A DNA stretch of 64,000 bases, taken from contig OZ210884.1 in the NCBI GenBank assembly GCA_964658305.1, positions 186,001 to 250,000 of the forward strand. Reading direction: 5' to 3'. Each line of letters opens with the position of its first letter. The first letter of the stretch is position 1. Source of the DNA: Leptogorgia sarmentosa. Lineage: Eukaryota. Shown one piece after another: positions 47,079 to 59,657 of this stretch. The notes below the pieces were generated by a model. That model was not told the DNA's origin. It did not search any database and saw nothing but the letters and a program-made list of their open reading frames with translations. A program made the translations under genes and the position numbers.

Positions 47079-48276
47079 TCATTTTGGTTCGATTTTACAT
47101 TTAGAATTCTTGTCAGTTCGGCGGACCCTAAGGTGATTAACCCTTTTTTGGTTTGTAAGTGAGTCGCAATTCCTATTGATCAGCACATATTCACAATCAT
47201 TATTATGGCTGCCTTTATCTGTCATGTTTCGGGTTTGGTGAATAAGCCTATACTCTTTAATTTGTTGATCGAATATAGGAGCTGGTTTCCGTGTATTTGA
47301 GTGAACAGGTATGCTGCGATTGTTGTTATGCAAATTATGATGCTTGGTTCTATAGTCTTCTAATTGTTGATCAAATGGGGGAGACTGTTCATGTTCATTA
47401 TGATAAATAGGGTCAGTATTATAGGAGCTTTGGTTCTTCAACGACTTTAGTTAAATTCGCATCTTGGGAATACTCACAAACATTCGCGATTTGTTGATGG
47501 AACAAAAGATTTTTGGGGGGGTTGGCCGATTCGTCATTGTGCAGAAATTCTATGTCTTTGTCCTCATGGTTTGGAAAGGCATGTGAAATAGCCTGGGGAT
47601 TAATTTGGTATGATTTAAGTATATTAAGTTCTTCTTCGAGTCTGTTCACTTGTAATTCTAAAACACACCTTTTTAATTTTTCTTCTTCCAAATCGATTTG
47701 AAGACGAGCTATTTCGCTACTCAGACTTGCGGATGTTAGCAAGGGCTGGTCAGCACACGTAATAACCGACTGCACAGAATCTACTCTGGTCTTCAGTATT
47801 TCTATCTCAAGTAGCGCGCTGTCAATTGTCTCGTTCAAGTCTCCATAACTATGCATATCGGTCACTTTTTCAGGCTTGCCGGTGAATGGATGGATACACA
47901 AATCTATCAAATATTCTTTAACTTTAGTGCCTACGAAACCGTTCAAAGTTAGTGTATTAAGTTTGCCTGGATACCAAATAGCGACGAAATCATTGCTTTT
48001 TGCATCGAATTTCTTAGAGCTCCCACCGTACGAGCGCCATTTACCTTCGAGACTGAGTGCAACTTGAATGAAATCTTGTAGGGTTTCAAAGCCATCGCAC
48101 CAACTCATACGTTTACCATCGTAGGCAATACTTTTAGACATCACATAATTCTTAATTTTTTGCTCATCCCATCTAATATCGACACAGTTATAACATTTGC
48201 CAGTGCTCTTAAGTGCATGAACGTCTGCCATTGTTGACGCCGAATGTATTACTGTTCTTGGATCAATTAGTTTCAA
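47079..48276 (-). pseudogene. LINE ORF1-like coiled-coil protein, frameshifted
   Basis: Upstream of ORF2 on the same strand; heptad-rich segment; two overlapping ORFs. Confidence 0.55.
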
Positions 48277-48363
48277 TTAACTCTGAATTGCCAAATAAAT
48301 GGTGGAAGAGAAAAGTAATACAATCCGCTGTATTATAAAAAAATCAAATGTATTGTCTAAAAT

Positions 48364-48432
48364 AGGCTCTGCCGAGACTTGAACTCGGATCGCTGGATTC
48401 AAAGTCCAAAGTGTCCATTACACCACAGAACC
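48364..48432 (-). pseudogene. tRNA-Gln(TTG) with D-arm deletion
   Basis: Loop CTTTGAA. Confidence 0.65.
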
Positions 48433-49001
48433 TTAACACGATCATGACAATGTTTCCGAGTTGTTTGATCGCGTTTCTTCCTTTCTTGTACAACGAAAGG
48501 CACCACTTCAAACGATGAGGATGTTTACTAAAGATAAATTATATAATCAGAACGCTCTTAGGTTGTGAACTAATAGACGCTGACCTATCAGACTCAAAGC
48601 CTTCCTGAAGTCAAATAGCATTACTTGTACATCATTACCGTCGTTGTCATCAGTTGATTTACTCCAAGAGTGAAGCATGTTTATGAGGCATCAACGGTGC
48701 TTGAGTTTGGAATCGTTCTGTACTGATTGGGGTCAACTTTTGTAAGCACAGCTGGTTTTATAAAATTATAAACAACATGGACCTGCACGACTTTCGACAC
48801 AATCGTACTAAGGGAACTGGGGCGAAAGTGGCGGTTAACATCGCGTACTGGTTCTTTTTTCGGAATTGGTACAACATCAGCGTGTTTCCAAGATTGTGGG
48901 AGACCGCCTTCGCAATACGACTTATTTTCAATTGATGCAATGGGAATGGTGCAAAAATATCAGCATTTTCTTTAACGACCCAACCAGAGATACCATCCGG
49001 T

Positions 49002-49680
49002 CATAGGCGTACGGGCACATTTTTTTTGGGGGGGCTGGGCTGAATTTGCCCGAATTACATGACGTCATAGATTTCGTGACGTCATCATAATATTATATAA
49101 TCTGAGAATACTATAAATGAAAAGCTTTCCTTTGAAAATTGATATAAAAAGAAATATGTCGTCCAAAGTGGCGTAGCCAGACCTTCATTTTAGGGGGCGA
49201 AGCAAACGGGGAAGGCGCGATGGCATCTAGGGGGGTCCGGGGGGATTCTCCCACGGGAAAATTTTGAAATCTGGAGTCCATCAATGGCGATTTAGCGTGT
49301 TTCTGGGGTGAGATTTGTGAAAATGTTTGGATTGAGATTGGTAGTCACATGGGTAGTCATCGCCCACCCCCTAATTTCTACCCGGATTTCATCTTTTTAC
49401 GGCGCAGTCCTTCAGCCTTTTGGGGTGGCTGAGCCCCCCCGTGACCCCCCCCCTGCCCCCCCCCCCTTGTCTACGCACTGGTCGTCCTTAGCCATTTCAA
49501 TTATAAGCTAAATATATTCATTACGATTTACAGAGAAAGTTACTAGCATAACAACATTTTTATCTAATCACCAGACCGTCGCTGCCCGAATGACAAGACA
49601 ATTTTTGCCCGAATAGATGAATTCTCAAAAAATTTGGGCGGGCTGCAGCCCCCCCAGCCCCACCCCCTCGTACGCCTATG
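49002..49680. mobile_element. hAT-type MITE
   Basis: TIR cataggcgtacg; perfect 8-bp TSD catccggt. Confidence 0.88.
49166..49480. mobile_element. hAT-type MITE nested in 49002-49680
   Basis: Ends aagtggcgtag / ctacgcactg; TSD gtcgtcca/gtcgtcct. Confidence 0.7.
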
Positions 49681-49895
49681 CATCCGGTCCCGTTGATTTA
49701 CTTGAATTTAGTGTTGGTAAGCTTTTGAAAATCTGAATTTCCCAGACTTGAAAATCCTGCGCATTACTATCAGGTATTATTTGTTGACTATTCGGAAGTA
49801 AAGGAGTAAACTCTTTCATCGGTGCCGCTTGTTTCCCTTTCGTAAACGGTCGTTGCCTTCCGAAACGACCGATGCCTTCCCTGCTCGCTTTTTAA

Positions 49896-52800
49896 ATGTT
49901 ATATAATCCTTCGCGTTTATTCTTATGGCAACTGACCAGTGCTTGTTTGCTCGAGGAAATTGCGCATGCAAATCGAGAACTAAATAACGAAAACCGCCAC
50001 CTCCGTGATGAATTAAAAAAGCGAGACGACGAAAATAAGCGGATTATTCGCGGTCTCGAGAACAAAATCGATGCTGTAGTGTCTTCGCCAAGTGAAAATG
50101 GTTCTCCTCCGGTGAGAATTTCTCGACGACGAAGAAGATCTGCTTGTCGAATCCCAGCACAATGTCGGGTATGTCATTTTGAATATATGATATAACTATG
50201 TACATTAGCAGACGTTAGCTAGGAAAATAATGGCCAACCGCTTGTACTATGATACACTGTATCAAGCAATTTCAATTAATGCAATCCCAAATTTATTTGT
50301 AGAAATACATTGGGTGGAAATGTATCGTTGGATGCAATAAATGCTATATGAAATATGAAAAGATTTGTTGAATTTATATCATCACCGGGGATTTTAAACC
50401 AGTTGAAAAACGTTATCATCTGTTTTTCGTTTAGAAATTGAGCAGAAGATTGCTCACTTTGGAAAATATGTCATGGAGCAATAAAAAAGGCTAAAGTGGC
50501 ATTGAGTATTGGTTGACGAAGCCATGTCGAGCGAAGAAAGCTCGATGGGAATGGACAACGATGGAAAGTTACCGTGGGAAAGCGAACGTTTAGTGAGATA
50601 TAAAACGGAGTTGGACGAACAATACAGGAATTCACTAACTCAACGTGCAAGACAGATTACTGCCCAGGAGCATTGCATTAGATGAATCTGCCTGGCCTGT
50701 GCCTTCCTCGTACGCGTTTCCTAATTGGGCCCAGAAATCAGAACACCGGTACGCTAGTCCATGTTCCTGAAACATGCGGGTAAAACTTTCAAAAGCAGAG
50801 GAACAGACTTTGAACATTTCTTGAGTCGTTAATTAGACCTAGTTCAGACGTCTAACATTTCATGACCCGAACCTACTGTATGTAATCTAGTATATCCAAG
50901 CCATTTTCCTAGTATATCCAAGACATTTTGTTCAAGCCATTTTTTGTTAGGTTCGACAAATGAAAAGTTCTACGTCAAAAACAGGAAAATTCCAGCTAAT
51001 ACTAGTTTAATTTACAGAGACAAATGGCGAATATACACACAACATTAAGACTATGAAGTTGTTATTCAGTTTTTTTTTCAGTAAACGGTTGTAGGTCGTT
51101 TATATCAATAAATCTATATTCTATATAATTGATGATATACGTGTAAATTGCAGTTCTATTTTATATTTAATATTAAATAATTTGGAAATTTCAATGCTGT
51201 TGTTGTTACTACATATATCCTATACCAGGCCACGCCATGCACTGGACAAACATTACACGACTGCGGTTCACTAAGATCGTGCATAACAATTTAAATTTAT
51301 GGACGTATCTTTACCTAATTGTTTCCCAATAAAACGAACAACAAATGTGGATTTAGTTGCTTTTAAGCGCCATCTATGAGCCCTTTCTGCTTCTGTCCAC
51401 GCGGACATGCGCAGCTGATCTTCAAAAGATTCATCTAAAAGCGATCGATTCGCCCAATCATTGTAATTTAAGGAACTTTAGGTGCATTAAAATTGTGTAA
51501 TTACAATGCATTAAAAATACCTTAAATGCAACTAAATAGAATTGTGGAATTAAGAACAGGTGGGAAATTTGTCGGCGCTGACCAAAAAATCGCGGGCACA
51601 TTGTGTTTACATTCCAAAACATGGCAGAAAGTTAGCAAACGACTGTTTTAGCTGACGAATTTTTGCTTTTTATTCAAATGATGTCTAACTTAGTGGTTAA
51701 TCTTTTAAAACCGATCATGAATTCCTTGTTTTGCGTTGGTTTTTTTTGCAATCGAGCGCGTGGAAGAAGTAAATATGGCGACGTTAAAATAGGAGCAAAT
51801 GAGTGGCAAATACCGTAAATGTCGAGATGTGGCTTGTTTAAATCGTAATCTACGAGGAAAACGTGCTATGAAAATGAAATGAAAGTTGAAATTATTCTTT
51901 TTATTTCTCCAATTCGCCATAATTTGTTTGTTAGTGTAACTTGTGCGATTTATACTCGAAGTACTAGCTCGCGAAATTTGACGAATTTTGAAAATTTGTG
52001 AAAATAGCTTGACTTTGAACTGTATTTTTGTAAAAATCGCCGGTGGCCTCAATTTCAAATATAGCTAAATGAAAAGATACACTTCTTTGGCGTTTAGTGG
52101 TATCAAACCTATCAACAGGAAAATAGGGCCTCATGATGCTTTAGTTAAGTGTTTGAGACCCACTTGCTTCACACGTGTTGTGGTCAAATTCTGGCCAAGA
52201 ATCAAAGGCCCAAAAGTTAGTTTACATGATCAAATCTGCTTCGAGAAAGGTCTAGTTTAAAAATATAGCTTTTAGTTTAGATTTCGTGAGCATAATTTGG
52301 TTAGAAATGAAATATTTTTGTATTTGATGAGATTCAAAATTTTGTGTTTATTCAAGTCAGGCTTCAGTGTAATTATAATGATAACAGGCAATGAAATGAA
52401 GATATTTCAAAAACTGGCGGTGGCCTCACGATGAAACATTCCAAAAATACTCTCCACTTCATGTATTTTCTTGTGATACTTTACTTGTAAGCGTCAAAAT
52501 AGGGCCTTGAACAGTCCCGGGGTTTGTATTTTAGCCTTCGATAGAAGTGAAATCTCACGCCTCATCACAAGTTATTTTGCTCCGCCGTGATTTGCGCTCT
52601 GTCGCTGATATTTAAACCTTTATGACATAAATATTGTCATTCTCGTTACGATACGAACATTTCACAGAATATTCTAATTATTGCAGATTAACTTGTGACT
52701 GTAAACAGTAGGTAGAAGTATGCCATTCAGAATCGACACAAGATTTGTTTTGATTGTTCGTGAAATGTACATTTCTTCTTCCCGCAAAATACACGCACGT

Positions 52801-53214
52801 CTCGTGGGGATTTCCCGCGTATGCTCAGTCAATTTCCCACCTGTTGGAATTAAGTGTTATTTTAGCTAAATTTAGGGTTCATTAAAGCTGAAATTACATA
52901 GGATTTAAACAACCTTAAATGTATCTTAAATATAAACCTTAAGATTTAAGTGGTATTTAGGTGACAATTAGGGCATTTAAATTCATGTTAACGTAACATA
53001 TAATGCTTACCTTAAAGAACAGCTAAAGTTCTGTTTAAGGATATTTAGAGAAACTTTAGAAGCGCCCTTAAATGGGTCGCTAGGGGCCTTTACGGTTACC
53101 TTAAATGTTCATGAAATTCAGATTTTATAAATTTAGGGAAGTTAACTTAAATGCTTCAATAAGGCGACTTTAATGAAACTTTAGGGGCACTTAAATCTGA
53201 GATTTCGTCCGGTG
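49896..53214 (+). mobile_element. Decayed DNA transposon right part (CACTA/EnSpm-like, tentative)
   Basis: Degraded coiled-coil and MSSEES..LPWES coding remnants; cttaaat-rich subterminal repeats ending CCGGTG at 53214. Confidence 0.35.
51555..52845. mobile_element. Non-autonomous DNA transposon with 9-bp TSD
   Basis: 15-bp TIR aacaggtgggaaatt; perfect TSD ggaattaag. Confidence 0.88.
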
Positions 53215-56200
53215 AACATAACCCCAATCCAATCCTTAATCTGACCCTCACCAATCAAATTCGCACCCTGAAACACACCCCCAACATAACCCCAACCCAA
53301 TCCTTAATCTGACCCTAACCAATCAAACCGAACCCTTCAAGACACCCTCAACATAACCCCGATCAAATCCTTAATCTGACCCTAACCAATACCACCCTAA
53401 CCCTTAAACACACCCTCAAAATAACCCCACCCCAATCCTTAATCTGACCCTAACCAATAAAATCCGAACCCTTCAAGACACCCTCGACATAACCCCAACC
53501 CAATCCTTAATACAGGGATTATTCTAAGGTGCAGTGATAACCAATTTGTGCAGTGATAAATGAGAATTGTGCAGTGATAAAATACATTTTGTGCAGTGAA
53601 TAAAATATGTTATTCATCATTTATTAGAATTTGGGGATAACTTTAAGCATACAACAGCAATAGTTTCATATAACTTTCCATATTTTAGCAAAAAGCTAAA
53701 TAGGAAAATAGGAAACAGTTCGATGTTCTGAATTGGGCAGTCAGACCAACACGACTTCGTATTTACATATTTTTATAATTTTTTTGCGCTTTTGTGCAGT
53801 GATAAAATTTCCTTACAATAATCCATGCCTTAATATGACCCTAACCAATCAAATCCGAACCCTTAAAAACAACCTCAACATAACCCCAACCCAATCCCTA
53901 ATCTGATCCTAACCAATCAAATCCGAACCCTTAAAGAGACCCTAGGCATAACCCCACCCAATCCATAATCTGACCCTAACCAATACCACCCTAACCCTTC
54001 AATACACGCTCAACATAACCCCAACCCAATCCTTAATCTGACCCTAACCAATACCACCCTAACCCTTCAACACACGCTCAACATAACCCCAACCCAATCC
54101 ATAATCTGACCCTAACCAATCAAATTCGAAGCCTGAAACATATCCCCAAAATAACCCCATCCCAATCCTTAATCTGACCCTAACCAATCAAATCCGAACC
54201 CTTCAAGACACCCTCGACATAACCCCAACCCAATCCTTAATCTGACCCTAACCAATACCACCCTAACCCTTAAACACATCCTCAACATAACCCCAACCCA
54301 ATCCTTAATTTGACCCTAACCAATCAAATCCGAACCCTTCAAGACACCCTCGACATATCCCCAAACCAATCCTTAATATGACCGTAACCAATCAAATCCG
54401 AACCCTTCAAGACACCCTCACCATAACCCCAACCCAATCCTTAATCTGACACTAACCAATCAAGTCCGAACCCTTAAAGACACCCTAGGCATAACCCCAC
54501 CCAATCCTTAATCTGACCCTAACCAATACCACCCTAACCCTTCAACACACGCTCAACATAACCCCAACCCAATCCTTAATCTGACCCTAACCAATACCAC
54601 CATAACCCTTAAGCACACCCTCAACATAACCCCAACCCAAACCTTAATCTGACCCTACCAATGCCACCCTAACCCTTCAACACACGCTCAACATAACCCC
54701 AACCCAATCCCTAATCTGACCCTAACCAATCAAATCCGAACCCTTAAAGACACCTTAGGCATAACCCCACACAATCCTTAATCTGACCCTAACCAATACC
54801 ACCCTAACCCTTCAACACACGCTCAACATAACCCCAACCCAATCTTTAATCTGACACTAACCAATCAAATTCGAACCCTGAAACATATCCCAAAACATAA
54901 CCCCATCCCAATCCTTAATCTGACCCTAACCAATCAAATCCGAACCCTTCAAGGCACCCTCAACATAACCCCAACCCAATCCTTAATCTGACCCTAACCA
55001 ATCAGATCCGAACCCTTCAAGACACCCTCGACATAACCCCAACCCAATTTTTAATCTGACCCTAACCAATACCACCCTAACTCTTCAACACACGCTCAAC
55101 ATAACACCAACCCAATCCTTAATCTGACCCTAACCAATCAAATCCTTCAAGACACCCTCGCCATAACCCCAACCCATCCCTTAATCTGACCTCAACCAAT
55201 TCCACCCCAACCCTTAAACACGCCCTCAACATAACCCCAACCCAATCCTTTTCTGACTCTAACCAATTAAATTCGAACCCTGAAACATATCCCCAACATA
55301 AGCCCAACCCAATCCTTAATCTGACCCTAACCAATCAAATCCGAACCCTTCAAGACACCCACAACATAACCCCGACCCAATCCTTAATCTGACCCTAACC
55401 AATACCACCCTAACCCTTCAACACACGCTCAACATAACCACAACCCAATCCTTAATCTGACAGTAACCAATCAAATCCGAACCCTTCAAGACACCCTCGA
55501 CATAACCCCAACCCATCCCTTTATCTGACCTCAACCAATTCCACCCCAACCCTTAAACACGTCCTCAACATAACCCCAACCCAATCCTTTTCTGACCCTA
55601 ACCAATTAAATCCTAACCCTTCAAGGCACCCTCAACATAACCCCAACCCAATCCTTAATCTGACCCTAACCAATCAGATCCGAACCCTTCAAGACACCCT
55701 CGACATAACCCCAACCCAATTTTTAATCTGACCCTAACCAATACCACCCTAACTCTTCAACACACGCTCAACATAACCCCAACCCAATCCTTCATCTGAC
55801 CCTAACCAATCAAATCCTTCAAGACACCCTCGACATAACCCCAACCCATCCCTTAATCTGACCTCAACCAATTCCACCCCAACCCTTAAACACGCCCTCA
55901 ACATAACCCCAACCCAATCCTTTTCTGACTCTAACCAATTAAATTCGAACCCTGAAACATATCCCCAACATAAGCCCAACCCAATCCTTAATCTGACCCT
56001 AACCAATCAAATCCGAACCCTTCAAGACACCCACAACATAACCCCGACCCAATCCTTAATCTGACCCTAACCAATACCACCCTAACCCTTCAACACACGC
56101 TCAACATAACCACAACCCAATCCTTAATCTGACAGTAACCAATCAAATCCGAACCCTTCAAGACACCCTCGACATAACCCCAACCCATCCCTTTATCTGA

Positions 56201-56412
56201 CCTCAACCAATTCCACCCCAACCCTTAAACACGTCCTCAACATAACCCCAACCCAATCCTTTTCTGACCCTAACCAATTAAATCCTAACCCTTAAAGACA
56301 CCCTCAACATAAACCCAACCCGATCCTTAATCTGACCCTAACGAATCAAATCCGAATCTTTAAAGACACGTACCCTCTAAATAACCTCAACCCAATCCTT
56401 AATCTGACCCTT
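53215..56412. repeat. 68-bp C-rich satellite containing CCCTAA motifs, with a 672-bp higher-order repeat
   Basis: Unit aacataaccccaacccaatccttaatctgaccctaaccaat...; blocks at 54951 and 55623 near-identical. Confidence 0.95.
53513..53827. mobile_element. hAT-type MITE inserted in the satellite
   Basis: Ends cagggattatt / aataatccatg; 8-bp TSD ccttaata; internal tgtgcagtgataa repeats. Confidence 0.85.
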
Positions 56413-57078
56413 AACTGCCCTGTTCCCACCTTACAACAACTCGTTGCAATAAATCAACCCCAGGCCTCCACTGTATTCGGACATCACGTCACCTCACACG
56501 TCATTCAAGCCCCAGGGCAAACATTTACATACCACGCGGCAAGCAAATGTAGGCGCAATTCTTTCCGTACTCTAAGTACCAAAGAGCGAAGTCAAGCTTA
56601 GAAGAGCCCTCTCCAAAAAGCCAAAAAAAAGCCCAACAAGAGCCACCGCAGCCACCAGTACAAAGAACGAATCAAGTAGAATCAACATGTTTCTAATTTA
56701 CTCGTTGTCACAGTTAACAAACATAATTATTTTGCCATGTATCATACCGACGTAGCGGGATAACCCGACACACAAACAGCCATTCATCCTTCCAAACCAC
56801 TATGTCAAACCACCTACCACTCATCCACCAAAAGTAAATACACTCACACACCAACCTCATTGTGTTAAACCTAACACCCAATATGCGAGCACGTCGTTCC
56901 AAGACCAGCTAGCAGGTTAGAAACGTGCTTTCCCAGTTATGCTTGGGGCCTGATGAAACATAACTACGAGTTTTCAACGGAAAACCAAGGGACAGGGCCC
57001 GGTGGTAATTGGCAATGACTACGGCCCTGGCATTCACACAAAACACCACTATAAACCCGCGTTTTGCCAGTATACACA

Positions 57079-57165
57079 TAATACAATTCGTTTTAATATA
57101 ATTCCTTTTAATGTAATTCGTTTTAATACAATTCCTTTTAATGTAATTCGTTCTAATATAATTCA
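57079..57165. repeat. 15-bp minisatellite
   Basis: aat(a/g)taattc(g/c)tttt, ~6 copies. Confidence 0.8.
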
Positions 57166-57419
57166 CTTGATTACAACCTTCCATCCTACCACAACCTTCA
57201 ACCCTGTCCACCATCAAACTCAGTCACAACCACTCTCATCACATTCCATGGTGTCACCCATCAATCCACAACTTGAACGAGGACACAACTATTTGAACCA
57301 CAGTCCAAGATCCGAATACCTGCATAAAAAACACTGTATTATTTAACAACCGCCACAAAATGGTAATCACTAAAGAAATACCGACCAGTTGGGAATCTCG
57401 TGCTCAAGGTACAAGAAAA

Positions 57420-57493
57420 ACCCCCGTGGCGCAATGGATTAGCGCGTTGGACTTCTAATTCAAAGGTTGTGGGTTCGAGTCCCATCGGGGGTG
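57420..57493 (+). tRNA. tRNA-Arg(TCT), intronless
   Basis: Loop CTTCTAA, GGTTCGAGTCC. Confidence 0.88.
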
Positions 57494-57593
57494 TCAGTCT
57501 CGTGTTCGAAACTGAATACTTTTTACACGATAGAAAATGCTCCTAAATCCTCCAGTTTATTGCAATCGTTACATGATGGTAGGCACAAGAAAA

Positions 57594-57667
57594 AGCCCCG
57601 TGGCGCAATGGATTAGCGGGTTGGACTTCTAATTCAAAGGTTGTGGGTTCGAGTCCCATCGGGGGTG
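57594..57667 (+). tRNA. tRNA-Arg(TCT), second tandem copy
   Basis: Near-identical; two stem changes. Confidence 0.75.
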
Positions 57668-58059
57668 TGAGTATGGTGGCCCATCGTTATCATTGTATTT
57701 TAGGTTAAAAAATAATGACATTTAATATTAACTTGAGAAAAAAAATATAATTAAATTATTTTAATTTTTTTACTCCAAAAGATAAAAAATATAATGAAAA
57801 AATAGTATAAAATAATTTATCAACGAAAGTAAAAACGAAAAAAATGTCATTTTAGTTTTATATTTAAAATCAGACGTTTTCATGAAAGCCCATCGTTATC
57901 ATTACATTTTTCTTTTGCAAATCAAATGTTAGGTATGCGGCCCATCGTTATCATAGACCACCATACTTTAGGCCTTAAAATACTCACAATGTATTTGACA
58001 TGAAGTAGTTCGTATTACCAAAGTTCCAAACTTCAAACTTGTCAAATTCCAAACTCAAA

Positions 58060-58392
58060 ATGGCGAAAATGAACGAAGTTTGGGAAGATTTAAATGCTAA
58101 AATGATCGCTAAAAGGACTCGAAATCAAAGTGGTCGCGGTAAAAATCCAAAAGCAACAACTAAGGAACTTGTGGTCCAGAGATTAACTGCTGAACCTGAC
58201 AACAAGCAGACATTTCGTCCCGTTCAGCCACGTGAGTTTGTCACCTTTGACTACGACGAATTGACATTGGAGAATTTGAAGAAAGCTTGCGCGACTCACT
58301 TTGGTCTTCCCGTTAAAGCCTGCGATATTCTTGTATCTAACAAGGGCCCGTCTTGTACAAACATAAACCAGATACCTCATCGAAAAGATAAG
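58060..58392 (+). CDS. Orphan first exon of an uncharacterised protein
   Basis: ATG ORF ending at donor AAG|GTAAGG; protein-like composition; no downstream exon seen. Confidence 0.45.
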
Positions 58393-58473
58393 GTAAGGTT
58401 TTAATATTTAATTTTAACAGTTCCAAAACCGGACACACTCCAGGGGCAGGGGCCAGCTCTTGCATAACTAATA

Positions 58474-59068
58474 ATGCTTCAGTCAATTGACACCACGGCC
58501 CCCCCACCCCCGGGACATAGCGGGGAATTAACAAAATTTAGCGGGGATTTAACGCTATTTAACAACGTGCTATGCCCGGGAGGGCGGTAGAATTAACAAC
58601 ACGTTTTTGTAAACCGGGGTATTAGGCGGGGATTTAACAACCGCGATATAAATTATGCCGGGATTTAAACCAGGGGTTTAAAGGATGTGGACTGGGGCGA
58701 GTCAATAAAAACACGAAAATGGCGGCCGAAAAGAAGTGTGTGAGACAGGTACGTGCTTTTAAGGTACGTGCTGTTCATTCCATTTTCCTGTTTGATACTA
58801 TTAATACTTCATTAGTATTTCATTGCATTTTGCGGCTAATTAAATAATCGCTCTTTTTTGCTGAATATTTTGACCAGCAGTCTTTTAAACTTCAGTCCTT
58901 CTCTCGCTCCCTTTAAGGTCTCCCACTAAATCCCGGCTATGCCGGGGTTTTAACAGACTATTTCGCCCGAGGGGCGGGGGAAATAATGTTTTTTAACACT
59001 TCGTTGATGTTAAATTCCCCGCTATATCCCGGGGGTCGGGGGGCCGTGGTGTCAATTGACTGAAGCAT
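58474..59068. mobile_element. MITE with ~30-bp TIR
   Basis: atgcttcagtcaattgacaccacggccccc at both ends; gcggggattt internal repeats; no TSD. Confidence 0.8.
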
Positions 59069-59657
59069 GCTAAGTTCAGGGACTGATACAGGGGTTGGTA
59101 GAGGGTCATTCTCGCTTTCTACGGGAGGAGCTGTTGTCTCGCTTTCGGTTTCGTTCTTCGTTTCCGGCTGATGTGGTTGTTTGGGCAGAGGGGCAATGAC
59201 ATCCCGGGTGTGGTCCCTAACATTTGTTGCAAACGTGGCGGTAGTTACAGGCTTCTCTTGCACAATGGCCCTTTCCATTGTACATGTGGCAACAGGCACC
59301 TCTTGCGCCCCCTGAGGAAACCTTGTAGTGGGGTCCATTTGAGAAAATAGGATATTGCTGCGCTAGCATATATGAGGTTGTTGTAAATATCATCAACCAC
59401 AGCTGTTGATCTATCTTGGACCAGTCGAGGCTCGGGTTAAGTGCAGCTTTAGATCTAAACTTGTGGTCATAAATACACCATCCCAGCCCTCGGTGCGTAT
59501 GGGCAGCATGGCGAATCAAAGACATGTACTGCAGGAGCTCCTGTGCGCGGATAGGATATTGGTGCGTCATAATACTCATGTATATAGTAAACGCAGTCGT
59601 TCACTGTTCAATATTCGTGATCTTGGCCGTAGGCTGAGATGCCTTGTCAGCCTTGAT

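Larger units (their letters stand above)
44257..48300 (-). mobile_element. Decayed near-full-length CR1/L2-group LINE (ORF1 + APE-RT ORF2)
   Basis: 3' AATAAA plus (ATATG)n tail at ~44257-44286; frameshifted ORFs. Confidence 0.88.
48570..49860 (-). pseudogene. Old LINE RT fragments interrupted by MITEs
   Basis: GPDGISGWVVKENADIFA and MLFDFRKAF read on the minus strand. Confidence 0.6.

Noticed and set aside
53215..56412. True telomere, and ORFs 55119 and 55749
   Set aside because: No pure (TTAGGG)n tract and the position is internal; the ORFs are satellite translations.
56412..57350. 3' end of the DIRS/Ngaro element
   Set aside because: Composition is suggestive, but I could not match split direct repeats to the 5' region.
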